From assembly GCA_037447605.1 (NCBI GenBank), contig CM074821.1, forward strand, positions 930,001-994,000: a stretch of DNA of 64,000 nt, read 5' to 3'. The notes below the pieces were generated by a model. That model saw only the letters and a list, made by a program, of their open reading frames with translations. It was not told the DNA's origin and made no database searches. The stretch's first letter is position 1. Each line of letters starts with the position of its first letter. This stretch comes from Zygnema circumcarinatum SAG 698-1b (taxonomy: Eukaryota; Plantae; Zygnematophyceae). Both the position numbers and the translations under genes were made by a program. Of the stretch, positions 1 through 12,519 are shown piece after piece.

Positions 1-747
1 AGGAAGGTCACTGTTGTTTTGAAAGGAGAGGAAGGGATGTATAAAGATGAAAAAGGAATAGGGTGAGATGAAGCCAAAGTGTGAGAATGGAGTGAATAGA
101 GGGTCGAATATAGGTGGATGATGGGTGAGGGAAATGATGGATGGCTGGTAACTGAATCACAGAGAAGGTGTATCGGCAGGGATCAAGCAAGTAGATGAGT
201 GTGATAGAGGTGGGAGGATCCTGGAAGAAGAATGCAATCGCTCAGGCTTTGCATGTGATGGCCAGCGAGCAAATGCGGTGGCATAGAATGAGAGATGAAT
301 TGGGTAACAGGGAGTGAAGATGAAAGAAAGAAAGTGTTCCAGTCGGGGATTCCGTAAACAACAAGGACTTGTTTTACCAGATTGTGTTGTTGGGTTATCT
401 TCAATTAGGTCTTGTTCATGATGTGTTTCATTAACTGGGTATTTTCCATGCGTTGTTCCATCTGTAAGTGGTCTACTTCAATATGGTGCTGCATCACTCC
501 TCCTACTTTGTACCTTCCTGAGAATGACAGACGACCTTTTCTCCTCTTCAAACCAGCCAAAGCACGCATTCCTCCAACCCTAAATGAAAAGTTATCATCA
601 CACCTAAAACTTAACACTGACCCTTCTGCAGGCAGGTGACCTGCTGGTTGGCGGTCACAAATCCGGCTCGCCCCGTCCCTTAGTCCGGCGGTCCTGCAGC
701 GCCTCTTGGTAGCTTATCCAAACTCCTCTCTTTTCCTCTTCATCAGA

Positions 748-908
748 ATGAGCAGCCAAGTGGCAGCTCCTCAACACACCAGACCAATTGCAGCCAATGG
801 CGGAAACCGCCGCCGCATGGAACGGGATGTGGGAGGCAATTCTGGGCCTTCTCGATCAGACAGTGCAAACTGGCGATCAGGGACAACGCAAAACACTCGA
901 TTAGGAGG

Positions 909-949
<41 letters not shown>

Positions 950-2398
950 GAGGAGGAGTGGGAGGAGGAGGAGGAGGAGGAGGAGGAGGAGGAGGAGGAG
1001 GAGGAGGAGGAGGAGGAGGAGGAGGAGGAGGAGGAGGAGGAGGAGTGGGAGGAGGAGTGGGAGGAGGAGGCAATAACAGCAGCCGAGGGGGCCCACAGGC
1101 TTCTTCCCTGGGAACTGCTCCCCCACCCCAAGGGCCGGCAAGTGGGGGCCCCTCTGCTAGAAGCTTGGTGGTTGAGAAATTGCTGCCTCCCTCTGTAGGA
1201 GGAGGGAGAGAGGAGGCATTGGGAGTGTTCAAGGACAACGTTCCATATGACCGTTTTGTGCTCATGGCTACCTGCCTTATAGGCCAAACTGTGGAAGTGC
1301 AGACAAAACTGGGGCCGGTGTATACCGGAATATTCCACACTGCCCAAGAACGTGATTTTGGTCAGTTCTGCAGATTTCACGTTAACTCCGTTTGGTGTAG
1401 GTCTATTGCTGTGAGGGGTTGGCCAGTTTGGATTGCCCCAAGTTTTGGAGGAGTTTGGTTGTCAGATTGACTGTTTTGCTTGGTGGTGGGGAACAGGAGT
1501 GGTCTTGAAAATGGCGAGGCAAACCAAGGACCTTGTGAATATGAAGAGTCCGGCAGTGAAGGAAGCTGCACGCAAACCTCCTTCCAAAATTCTGATCATC
1601 AATGCAAAAGACTGTGTTCAAATCATTGCCAAGGTGAGTAGTAATCTCTGTCATCTCCACCATGAGACAGACTGATAGTTCTCTAAATCGAAAAAAACGC
1701 TATAGTTTAGAAAAAAAAATGCTCGCTCCATCCATCCATTTTCGAAGTCCTTTGGCAGACCCCAAAAGGAAAAGCTGTTTATCAAGAAAGAGATATGGAC
1801 TGGGTTTATGCTGGGTTTGGGGAGTAAAACTGGGCTAGTAAGCTGGAAATGCTAATTGGACAATCCTTAAAAGTGCTTGTCAACCTAAGAGAGAATTGAA
1901 GTCTGGCTATGCAGGATGTTACCCTGGGGGGAGATTCACAAATGAATGGAAAGCTGCGAGATTACAAAGGGGAGCTTGTAACAGACACGGGAATCTCAAA
2001 AAGTGGGAAAGGACTTGAAGAGAGGGAGCTAAAACCCTGGAAGCCTGAACCAGGAGAGGAAGCTTCCCGGAACTTGCGGCTTGAAAGTACCTTCAGTGGG
2101 GGTGCTTGGGGCAGGTAACCACTTTTTGCTCCTAAAACATCTCTTAAAGTAAATAAAGCAACTGTGCGATGATTGTTTCATGAATTGTATGGTTGTTTAC
2201 TCGGACAGGAATTGGGATCAATTCGAGGCCAACAAATCTCTTTTTGGAGTCGAAAGCACATTTGACGAGAATATGTACACAACAAGGCTGGAAAAGCAGA
2301 GCAGGGAGAGAGAGAGGGAAGCCACTCGAATTGCGCGGGAGATAGAGAGCCAAGGCTCGAGAAACGTACATTTGGCAGAGGTATGAGTGAGAGAGAGG

Positions 2399-2476
<78 letters not shown>

Positions 2477-5400
2477 AAGGGGAATTTTTACTCTATATTT
2501 TACGCTAGTTTTGTTCCAACATATGTTAAAACTTTGGCACTTTGGTTGTGTTCAAAGAACACATTTGTCATTGCCAAGTTCAGCTGCATTCCTCCCAACA
2601 TGATTGAACCTCACATGTTGATTTTTAATGTCAGCCGTATCGAAGTCTTAATCAAACTTGCATTGCTGCAGGGATGTGGGTTAAACAGGAAACTGCCCAG
2701 CTAGTCAACCTGCAATGATAGAGAAAAAACTTGACAGTTTAGAATGTTTCAGATGGAGGCTGTTGATGCAAGAGTTCAAAGTTAGGGTTTGTTCCCTTTT
2801 CGTAATATTTGGTCTTAAATTCGATATCTTTTTGCAGGAAAGAGGACAGCATCTTCCTCCTGGGGTTGAGGATATGGATGAAGAAACACGATTTTCTTCA
2901 GTTATAAGGTGCTTCCTTCTCTTTATGACCTGTCTATCCCGAGTTGAAGAGAGGAGAGGAGGAAAGGAGGGGAGAGAGAGGAGAATATTCCCCAATCTTT
3001 CAACTAACTGAAGGATAGGCCTTCTACCTTTCATGTTTTCCGAACTTCCCAAAACTCTGCCCGAAACAATACACTTCTCAAACTAAGTGGGTTGCTTTAG
3101 TTCAATCCCTTAGCATATACGCAGACTAATTGACCTATGGGAGTGCGATGCAAGTCCTGCAGGGAGAATGGAGAGAATCAGGATGCGGGAGAGGGAGAGG
3201 ATGAGGAGGATGACTCTCTCGATGTACGGAATGATGATACTTTCGGGCCCTCCACTCCCGACAGACACTCTCCCCACACTCTCCCTCTCTCTCTCCCTTG
3301 TTCAGAGGGTTCTTCTGAACCCTCTCTCGGACCCAAAGAAAGGAGTTCGAGAGCAGAAGGAGGCGTAAAACTAAACGTCGACTCTCTGCAGGTTAATTCA
3401 CCCCCTTCAAATGGCCCTTTTTAGGGATTCAGGGTTGTCTTGCCGAAAAAAAAAAAAAGAATCAAAATCAAATGCTTAAATGCTAAATTTTAGCTTAATC
3501 AAATGTGAAGTTTATTATGGGGGAAGTGGGGCCAAGGGATTTCTTAAGAGTTCTGAGTTTTTCTTTTGATTTTTTTCCTTTTCCTTTCCCTTCAGGACTC
3601 GGCTGCCATCTCACCCAATAGCAGCCGGTTGCGGAAGGATTTGGAGCCGACTACTCCCACGCAGGAGAGGAAGGCGGGAGGGCTGGAAACCTCTCCCTCT
3701 ATGGAGAGAGAGGAGCAGATAGGGTTGGTTCACAAAGAGCACTTGAGACTGAGACTCCACCCAAAGCGTTCTGTGAACTCTTTCTCCAAGGTGAGAAGCC
3801 TCCAAAAAAGCTCTTTTTTTCCCTCTCACAGGAAGGAGGGTTGATTGTAAAAACCTAAGTAAGAATCTTGAGTGAAACACTCTGCTTGCAGTGCTTCACT
3901 CCCTTTGAATTGAGACTTCAAAGCGAGTGATTTGAGATTACCAACTAAAGAAGAAGAACCTTCAGATCCACTTGGACTCCTATGTAACATTTACTAGTTA
4001 GATATTCTATTGTTGTTTACTTTGTCGAGAGATATCTCACTGTCTATTTGCAGGCTACGGGAGGGTCTCCCTACCACAGCCCTGTGGGACGGCGATCTCC
4101 TCTCCTCTCCCCCCTTGTGGGAGAGGCTGCAAGTATTCATGCTCTCAATTTAGATCCGAGTACGCCACAAGTGCCGGAGGAGGTATACAGGTGAGATATT
4201 TCTTATTCTGTTAGCTGTTGTCTTTTTTCTGTTTTCTGTGCTCCGCATGCTTCTTGTCTAAGGGCTGCAACCGGTTTTGTGAATTCTAAGGGTTTCTCTG
4301 AGTGATGGCTGATGGGAAGGAGACTTTTGAGTGGGTGAACTGAATTTTCCATTCCTTTCCTTCGTTCCTGCAGAGAATTTGCGGAATTTAAGTTGCAAGA
4401 GACTGCGAAAAAGAGCAAGAAGGGAAGAGAGGATCAAGTGAATGAGCTCAAGTCATTCAGTGAATCTCTGCGAGAGAGAACGGTACGCTTTCTTGGCTTT
4501 TTCTGCTTGAAGTTTATACTATTAGGGCACTGCCTAAGAGCCTATCTGATTTCCATGTAATGATGTTTCAACTTCATCTGTGAATGTCATCACTACCACA
4601 ATTCTGAGTGTTCAACTTCATGCATCACCAACTGATGATGAATGTCTTCCGATTCTTGTGAAAATCTGCATGATTTGAACGTGTGCTGTGTTTCTACATT
4701 ACCTTTTTACCATTCCATTTCTTTGTGGTTTTCTGACTTTTGCAGGCAATAGAACCCAGGTCCCCACTCGCTCGTAAGAATCTCCCTCTCCATCCCATTG
4801 TTTACCATCAATCCCTAAAACCCTATAAACCCTAAAACCCTAAAGCAGGAATGGTCGATTTGTCACATTCTCGAAACCTTTATTGTCCCGAAAACCGATG
4901 CATTCATCCTCTACAGAATCAAACTTATTCGCAAATCCTCACCACCATTTTATGAAAAAAGAAAAAAAACAAATTCTGCAGTCACATTCAGACCCCTTAT
5001 TGACTCCATCAATTTCTTTTCGTGATGTCTTTCAGCAAGGTCTGCCTCTGCCTCAGGGCAGGAAACGCCGCCACCTGGCAGCAGCAAACTTTCCTACTCT
5101 GAGTCAGCTTCAAGGGGGCCCTCCTCTCCCTCTCCCGACCCTCTCTCCCGCTACTCCATCTCTCCCTTCTCAGCACACCGCCCTGCCTTTTCCAGCCCTG
5201 CCTCCTCTCCCGCAGGCACTCCCAAACCTCTCTCTGCTACAAAAGCAGCCGCAGCAACAGCTGCTGCAGAAGAAAACTCCACTTCTCGGGAGGGTTTAAG
5301 AAAGTCTCTCTCTTCCACTCTGTTAGCTCAACATTCTGCTGCAAATGAACCTTCTTCCGGACCTCCCACAGCAGGAGGGGAAACTGCGACTCCCTCTCCC

Positions 5401-7356
5401 CCTCCTTCTGCTGAAACAGGGGCCAATCCCAGTGCGCCACCTGTCACCAAACCCAAAACCCCAGCAGACCCATCCTCCACCTCATCAACTCCGGCGAAGA
5501 AATCAACCCTAAACCCTAATGCGAAGGAATTCAAACTAAACCCAAATGCAAAAGTGTTCACACCGGGCTCGTCCACATTCACTCCTCCCTCTGCCTCTCC
5601 CTCTCCCTCTCCCGCTGCCCCTCCTCCTCCCCCTTCTGTAGGAAACAACCCTCCTCGCCCCATGAACCCTAGCATGGTTTCCGGCCCTATCTTTCTGCCA
5701 CCTGGCATGATGCCATCGGCCGGAATGCAGATGCCTGCCATGATGGCACAATTTGTGCCTCAGGGAGTGCCAGGTCAGCATGGGCCATTTCCTGGCCAAT
5801 ACAATGCTGCCATGGCGGCCTACATGCAGCAGGGGGGGGGGGGACCACCGGGGACATTCGGAGTGCCAGGTGGCGTTCCGGGAGGGGTGCCAGGTGGCGT
5901 CCCAGGAGCCATTATGCCAGGTCAGCAAGGGATGAAGCTGCCGCCCCATTCGCAGCAGCAGGTGGGCCATCCATTCATCTGCCTCTCCGAATGAATGAAT
6001 GAATGAGAATGAGATGAGAATGAGATATTTGAAACTCAGAATTTTCTGCATTTCGTAGAGTTTTCGGGAGGGGGGGGGGGGGGTGTAACACTTTGAGGGA
6101 TTTTCTGCATTCGTCCAAAGGTTGTACATTTAGGTATGAACTTCAGTCTCCGAGAAAGTGTAACTGACAGAAGTAGATACTCCGTATGTAACCAATTGGG
6201 CTCTGCCAGGTGGCACCAATATATGTGCAACAGCAGCAGGGAGTGAGAGGCTACCCTCCCCAAGGTCCCGGCATGCAGGCCGGCCCTCCCTATATGTATC
6301 CCAATGGCCAGCAGGTGAACATCATACCATTCATTCTTGAAAAAAAATAAGGAAGAAAGTTGGTCTCTTGAATCTCTTTTTCTATCTTTGTTTCCATTGC
6401 GAAATGAGCAAAAAAAAACTCGAAAGACTTGAATTTGGCTGGGGGGTGTGTGTTTAGGGCTTGTGGAGTTCCCTTACATAGAGGGTGTAAGATTTTTTAG
6501 GGGATAGTGGTACGTCTATTGGGTTAGCAAATTGGGCATGTTCTGATTAAGGTTTTGGAAGGGTCTGTGTTGCTTGCAGGGCATTGTGTATGGGCCGCAG
6601 GGGCAGATGATGTACATGCATCCCGTGCATCAGGTGCGTATGTTAAGGATCTTACTAATTCCTGCACCTTTTGCTTCCTTTTGACTCTTATCTCTCCTCC
6701 TCTCTCCCACTCTCACTCTCTTGCTCTCTCTCTCTCTCTATCTCTCTTTCTCTCTTTTCCTCTCTCTCTCGCTCTCTATGTTTCATCAATCTTCCTCACT
6801 ACAAACAAGTGATGTGGTATGTTACTGTCATGCTTCCCTAAGTACTTTACCTACCACTCCTTGTCCTCATTTTTGCAAGAGGGAGGATATGGGAGCTCAG
6901 CAAATGATGCAGGGTCAGCCCATGGCCCCCCCTCAGGAAGGAGGCCCCCCCATCCCCCACCCTGGAGGAGGCCCTAAGCACCGAGGTCCAATTCCATACC
7001 CTAAACCCTAAACCCTAAACCTATTCCATGTAAAACCCTTCTTGCTACCCCTATCCTCCCACCACGTTCTATGCAAAAATATGAGCAATTCTGTAACCTC
7101 TTCCTTCCATGCAGGCGGCGGCCCCGTTCCGGTGCAGTTCCACGGGCCAGGTGGCGGCCCCCTATTGGCTCCCGGCCAGCATCCGGCCATGCTTCAGCAG
7201 CATGGGCCCCCCCCTGGTGGGCCCCACCCCCCTCCCCCGCCCCCAGGGGGGCAGCCCGGGCCACCCCCTTCAGGGGGAGGGGGACCCATGATGGCAAACG
7301 GAGGAGGGCAAGGGAGGGGGGGGGGAGGAGGACCAAAGAATGGAGGGAGTGCGTGA
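748..7356 (+). CDS. ATXN2: Ataxin-2-like / CID3-CID4 class PABP-interacting protein (LSm + LsmAD + tandem PAM2, P/G/Q-rich C-terminus), multi-exon
   Basis: Spliced exons 748-1360 (DRFVLMATCLIGQTVEVQTKLGPVYTGIFHT, SM-ATX), 1497-1633 (GVVLKMAR...), 1915-~2114 (LVTDTGIS...ERELKPW), ~2209-2380 (NWDQFEANKSLFGVESTFDENMYTTRL...IAREIE, LsmAD). Tandem PAM2 KKSTLNPNAKEFKLNPNAKVFTP at ~5500-5565. Last exon ends GGPKNGGSA* at 7356. Middle exon boundaries are approximate and an upstream exon cannot be excluded (CAG directly before the ATG region). Confidence 0.92.
910..1070 (+). repeat. Coding trinucleotide repeats (GCA)12 then (GGA)n, giving polyAla12 and polyGly (28 uninterrupted)
   Basis: Direct reading of 910-945 (GCA x12) and 961-1044 (GGA x28) in the ATXN2 frame. 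Confidence 0.95.
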
Positions 7357-8314
7357 CGTGACGGAGAGAGTGACGTGACGCATGGCTGTCTGTGATGGCG
7401 TCAGCATGGGTAGTTCCGTTCTCGCCGAATTTCGAGCCTTTTCGATTCGTTCTGTTCCTCGAGTTGGGGCGAAGGGAGGGAAGGAGGGAGAGAGGGAGGG
7501 AGGGAGGGAAGGAGGGAGGGAGGGAGGGAGAGAGGGGTTGGCGGCGGCAGAGAGGGAGGCTGTGGGGTAAAGGCGATTTTTTTGAAGTGTGGGCCACTGT
7601 GGAATGTGAATAGGAAGCGCGGGAGGTGCAGCATTTTTGAGAGGGAGCTCTCACGGTGCAGGAGAGGAGAGCGGGTGGAAGGAAGGAGAGGGGAGAGAGA
7701 GGGTGCGGGAGAGGCGACCGAAAAGTGGAAGGGCAGCTGAGGCTGCTCAAGTCGAGGCTTTGGCAGCGGGGCTTCCTGGTGAAGGTGAAACGGCGCGGAG
7801 GTCGGGAAGTAATGCAATTATTGGTGACGATGATGGTGTTGTTGATGATGATGATTCTGGTGGTGATGATGATGAATTTTGATGTATTGGGGGCGAAGTT
7901 TTGAGCATGTTCTCTGCCAAACCGAGGCTTACTTGAGCCACCCACGGCTGGTGACAACTGTTCTTGCCTTAGTCCTTTTGTTACTCTGCCCTCACGTCAG
8001 TCAGTCACGCAGGTTGACGTCATAACATGATCGCTGTTTACGCTGCAATGCACGTGGGTCGTCTCACAGCTTTCAATTTCCGACAATTAGGTGACAAACC
8101 GTGATGGACTGCCTGCTATCGTCAAACTATCGAAGGTTGGTGGTGACTGGGGCTTTGAAATCCGCTCTCAAAGGAACTGGTCGCGGTGGAAACCCATGGT
8201 TTGAAGTCAGAAACTCAGAGGCTGGTTTTTGAAACCATGCAAACCTGGTTTCTGCTTTTTCTGTCCAAGCAGATCGGCCCATTAGATCAACCATTCGACT
8301 GGTTCCGAACCATT

Positions 8315-8538
8315 AGGGCTTGTCAGACTCGACGAAATCTTATGAAAAGCTTTACGAAAATGAAAGTTAAGAAAGTACTTTGCTACAAGCGAATCGCAAT
8401 ATCTCCGAATACACGTTTTGGTGAAAAGTTTAGATGAATAGACAAACTAAAAACCAAAATGGGACGAACTGGCATTGATTTCACGATGGCGAGGCCATCA
8501 AATGATATACTAACTTAAAAGTAAGTCTGACAAGTCCT
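8315..8538. mobile_element. MITE-like non-autonomous TIR element, copy 1 (224 bp, 15-bp TIR, 3-bp ATT target duplication)
   Basis: Left AGGGCTTGTCAGACT (8315-8329) vs right AGTCTGACAAGTCCT (8524-8538): 14/15 inverted match. ATT flanks both sides (8312-8314, 8539-8541). A homologous copy lies at ~38151-38276. Confidence 0.65.
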
Positions 8539-8559
8539 ATTGGCGCTGGACCGAAACAG

Positions 8560-8650
8560 CCATCCGAATGGTTCGTATTCTTCGGAACCATTGGACTTCC
8601 AACCATTGCCATCCAATGGTTTCCAACCATTGCCATCCAATGGTTGGCGC
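8560..8650. repeat. AACCATTG-n5-CAATGGTT palindrome cluster (dispersed family)
   Basis: Tandemly duplicated TCCAACCATTGCCATCCAATGGTT units. Related clusters at ~10113-10250, ~59950-60050 and ~61385-61860. Confidence 0.75.
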
Positions 8651-9069
8651 AGCCTGTGATGTTCTTGTACGGCATTCAATTTGTTCGTACAACTACCGTA
8701 CTGTACCTTCTTGCCGTACGGTCAGCCGTCGAGCCCGACCGCGACCGACGTCCGCGTCCCCGCAGCAGATGGACGGCCCGGAACCGAATCCGTCTGAAAT
8801 CATTTAAGTTTCCGTCCGCCTTGGCGTATTAGAGCCACGTGTCGCTTAGTTTGACTACCTAGGCAAGTGTTATCATGACTTTGTCGTATTTGACGACCGG
8901 CCCCACCTGCCATGTGTCCACGACCAAGAAAAATATTTCTCCGTGCGGCTTTGAACCCTCAAAACCCTAAAAACGACAAAAACCCTGTGGAATCGCCAAT
9001 CAAAGTAGGGTTTAGTCCAAAATCATTACATCGGTTTTTGGATCGTTCGATGAGTTTCGTACAGTCATC

Positions 9070-9208
9070 ACCGACAACACCGACAATGTTTAACGGCTGT
9101 AGACAGGCACCGACATAACTGTCGACCTAAGCTTGTACAATTGCTGTACGGTCATCAACTGCCGCCCGCGCCCACCGACATTTCCAACTGCCGCCGTCAG
9201 CTGCCGAC
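9070..9208 (+). promoter_or_regulatory. Cluster of five DRE/CRT-like cores (RCCGAC) upstream of the sedolisin gene
   Basis: ACCGAC at 9070, 9079, 9109, 9174 and GCCGAC at 9203, all on one strand, 450-590 bp upstream of ATG 9655. Confidence 0.45.
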
Positions 9209-9654
9209 GCGACACGCGCTTGCAAGGGGCGACGGCGCTGGCGAAAAAGACGGCGGCTGGAGGCCTTGTAGCGGGAGGTGGAGGGGGAGAGAGAGAGGGA
9301 GAGGGAGAGGGAGGAGAGGAGGGAGGGGAAAGAGGGACAGGGAGAATAGGGAGAGGGAGGAGAGGATAGGAGGGATAGGGAAAAGAGAGAGAAGGAGGAG
9401 AGGGAGAGGGAGAGGGAGGAGAGGACGGAGGGGAACGAGGGAGAGGGAGGAGGGGAGGGAGGGGAACGAGGGAGAGGGAGGAGAGGAGGGAGGGGAAGGA
9501 GGGAGAGGGAGAGGAGAGAAAGAGGGAGGAGAGGAGGGAGGCGAGGGAGGGAGGGAGGGAGAGGGAGGAGAGGGCCTGGGAGGTGAGGGAGAGGAGAGGA
9601 AGAGGGAGGATAGGACGAAGGAGAAGAGGAATAGGGGAAAGAGGCGAGGCCTCC

Positions 9655-12471
9655 ATGGCGGTGTGTGCAGGGGCGAAGGTGCGGCCATGGCTGCTGTTGT
9701 CACTGCTCGTTTTGGAAGGAGTGTGGGTGGCGCACGTGAGCGAGGCCCGGCAGGTTCAGGTGGGAGAGAGGAGAGAGAGAGAGGAGAGAGGAGAGCGGAG
9801 AGAGGAGAGAGGAGAGAGGAGAGAGGAGAGAGGAAAGAGGAGAGAGGAGAGAGGAGAGAGGAGAGGAGAGAGGAGAGAGGAGACAGGAGAGGAGAGAGGA
9901 GAGAGGAGAGAGGAGAGAGGAGAGAGGAGAGGAGAGAGGAGAGAGGAGGAGAGGGAGAGGGAGGGAGGGAGGGAAGGCTCCGGTAATGACTATGGCGATG
10001 AGGGTTCAGGAGGAGATGAAGAGAGGGAGGTTTGGGGGCGAGGGAAGGGCTTAGGTCTAAGAGGGAGGTGGGGCCGTTCGTGTACTGCCAAGGAAGGAAG
10101 GGCTCCTGCATGGCTGCAATGGTTGGCAGCCATTGGCGTCGTACCAAAACAAACATTGCCAACCAATGGTTGTCATCCGTCGGTAACCATTCAATCGGCC
10201 AACCGTTGCCATCCAATGTTTGGCCAATGGTTGGCGATCCAATGGTCCGCCCTGAGCCGAGTTTCCGCATGGAAGCTAACCACTAACTTTTGACCAAAAG
10301 GAGGCAGCTGCGGACTAATAACTAACTTACAACTGTATGACTAACCAGACTTTAGTCACAATACGTTGAGTTTTGCCATAATAATTGGACTCTTTTGTTC
10401 AGTCACGTCATGAGTATATTTTTTTCTTAATCATTCCTATAAGCAACTACATCTAAACAAAAAAAAAAAAAAGGTTCAATCCCACGTTCCCCTTTGAACA
10501 AAAAAAAGGTTGGTGAGCTGTAAGCAGAAGTCACGTCCGGCTAATAAATTATAGTTCGTAAATGGTTAGTCTGTCTAACCATGTGTACACTTGTACGGAA
10601 CGTACTTCATCGCTAACCCTGAACCCTGAACCCTAACCCTAACCCTAACCCTAACCCTAACCCTAACCCTAACCCTAACCCTAACCCTAACCTTAACCTT
10701 AACCTTAACCCTATCCCTAACCCTAACCTTAACCCTAACCCTAACCCTAACCCTAACCCTAACCTGAACCCTAACCCTAACCCTAACCCTAATTTTCAAG
10801 GTCTGCGCCTGCTCTGCTCTGCTGTAGGAGGGCCGCCTTCCTCTTCTCCACGCCCGCCCGCCATGGGCGACCTCGGCCTCCTTCCTCGGCGAGGCTCCAG
10901 CAGACGACGCCGTGCGCCTCTCCATCCACCTGCCATGGCGGAACGCCGCCAAGCTCGTGGAGCTCGCGCAGGCCGTCTCCTCTCCTCAGGGGGGAAGCTA
11001 TGGGAAGTTTCTCTCAGGGACAAGCTTCAGGGAGGCGCACAGCCCTGCAGAGACTGACTTTAGCGCGATTCAAGAATGGCTGCAGCAAGAAGGGTTCAAA
11101 ATTGTGCATACTTCTGCAACGAGGAAGTTCGTTATTGCAGAGGGGACGGTGAGGCAGGCTTCTGCAGCGTTTAGAACAAGATTAGGGTTATACAAGGTGA
11201 GGATGCCATGGAGGAGGAAGGGAGGATGGGGGGGGGGGGGGGTATTAGGTGTACAGAAGTTGATGGTTAGAACAAAGTTAGAGTGTGGAACGGCAGTGAT
11301 GAGAGGAGGCAGAGTTGTGTATTGCGAGTGAGTGGTGAAGCATTGGGAAGGTCTGCGGGTTGAATCATGCGCAGCAGAAATGTGAGGGTGTATAGGACTA
11401 TTGTGAATTGAAACTTGGAGACCAGTGCAGCAAAAACGTTTCCTTGCATTGTGCTTATTTTTTCTCCATACCTTGTCTGCGTTGCGCCCACAGGTCAACG
11501 GTCTAAGTTTGCGTGCTCCTTCATCGTTACCGTCGATTCCGCAATCTTTGAGCAAAGTAGACGGCATAAACATTTTAGGGTTGCATCAAGACTGGGCGCT
11601 GCAACGGCCCTTTTACGCAACTCGAGGAAACTTGTCAGCTCCTTTGGAAGGCAAGAAAATCAAAAAGCAAGCTGCGGTGTCGACCAGTGACGAGGAGTGC
11701 GTTTTCAATTTAGCCAAAACTGGATACTCGACATTTCCTGATTGCGGATACTCGAGTTCACAGGTGAGCAGAAGTGGCGCCGAGTACACTTTTGTATCTC
11801 CTTATCTTGTGCCCTTTGTAGTGAAGACTTGCGTTCCGTTTGTTCCTGTTAGATGTGAATATCAGGAATCGTCAATTGTAGGACACAGATAAAGGGGACA
11901 GAACCCTGTAAACTCCCGAATCATGTAACTGTATACAATGGCAAATTCTCCACAAACCCTAAAGTCCACGAAAAGGCTTTGCCGATTCTCGTATGTTTTC
12001 CCTGCACTGCTGCTTCGTGTTGATCTACTTTGTGCTGTTCCGTCGCAGCTCCGATCCGCATACGAAGTTCCGCCAAAGTTGACAGGGAAGGGACAGAACA
12101 TTGCCATAGTGACCCCATTTTCCTCTCCCTTCGTTCAAAATGATCTAAGCATCTATTGCCGGCAGGCAGGAATTCCGTCAACTTTTATTAAACAGTACTT
12201 TCCGACCTACTCTTATAACATTTCTGAGTCGCTGCTTAATCCTGCTCCGCCTTACGAGCCCGGATGGGCTTCGGAACAGACCCTTGATATTGAGGTTAGA
12301 TGCTTGTTCCCTGTTCTCATATCTACCCATAACACATCTCTCCTTCACTGCATCCATACATAGACATGGAACGACTTGGATCCTCCTTCATTAATGTTTA
12401 CTCTCGCTGTTTGTATCCCAACAAGTGCATCCTGCCAGCTCTCAGTCTCCAGCAGAAGCAGAATCAGAAAG

Positions 12472-12519
<48 letters not shown>

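Noticed and set aside
10575-10952. ORF with VRVRVR repeat
   Set aside because: Translation of (TTAGGG)n. It is not a chromosome end either, since genes continue on both sides.
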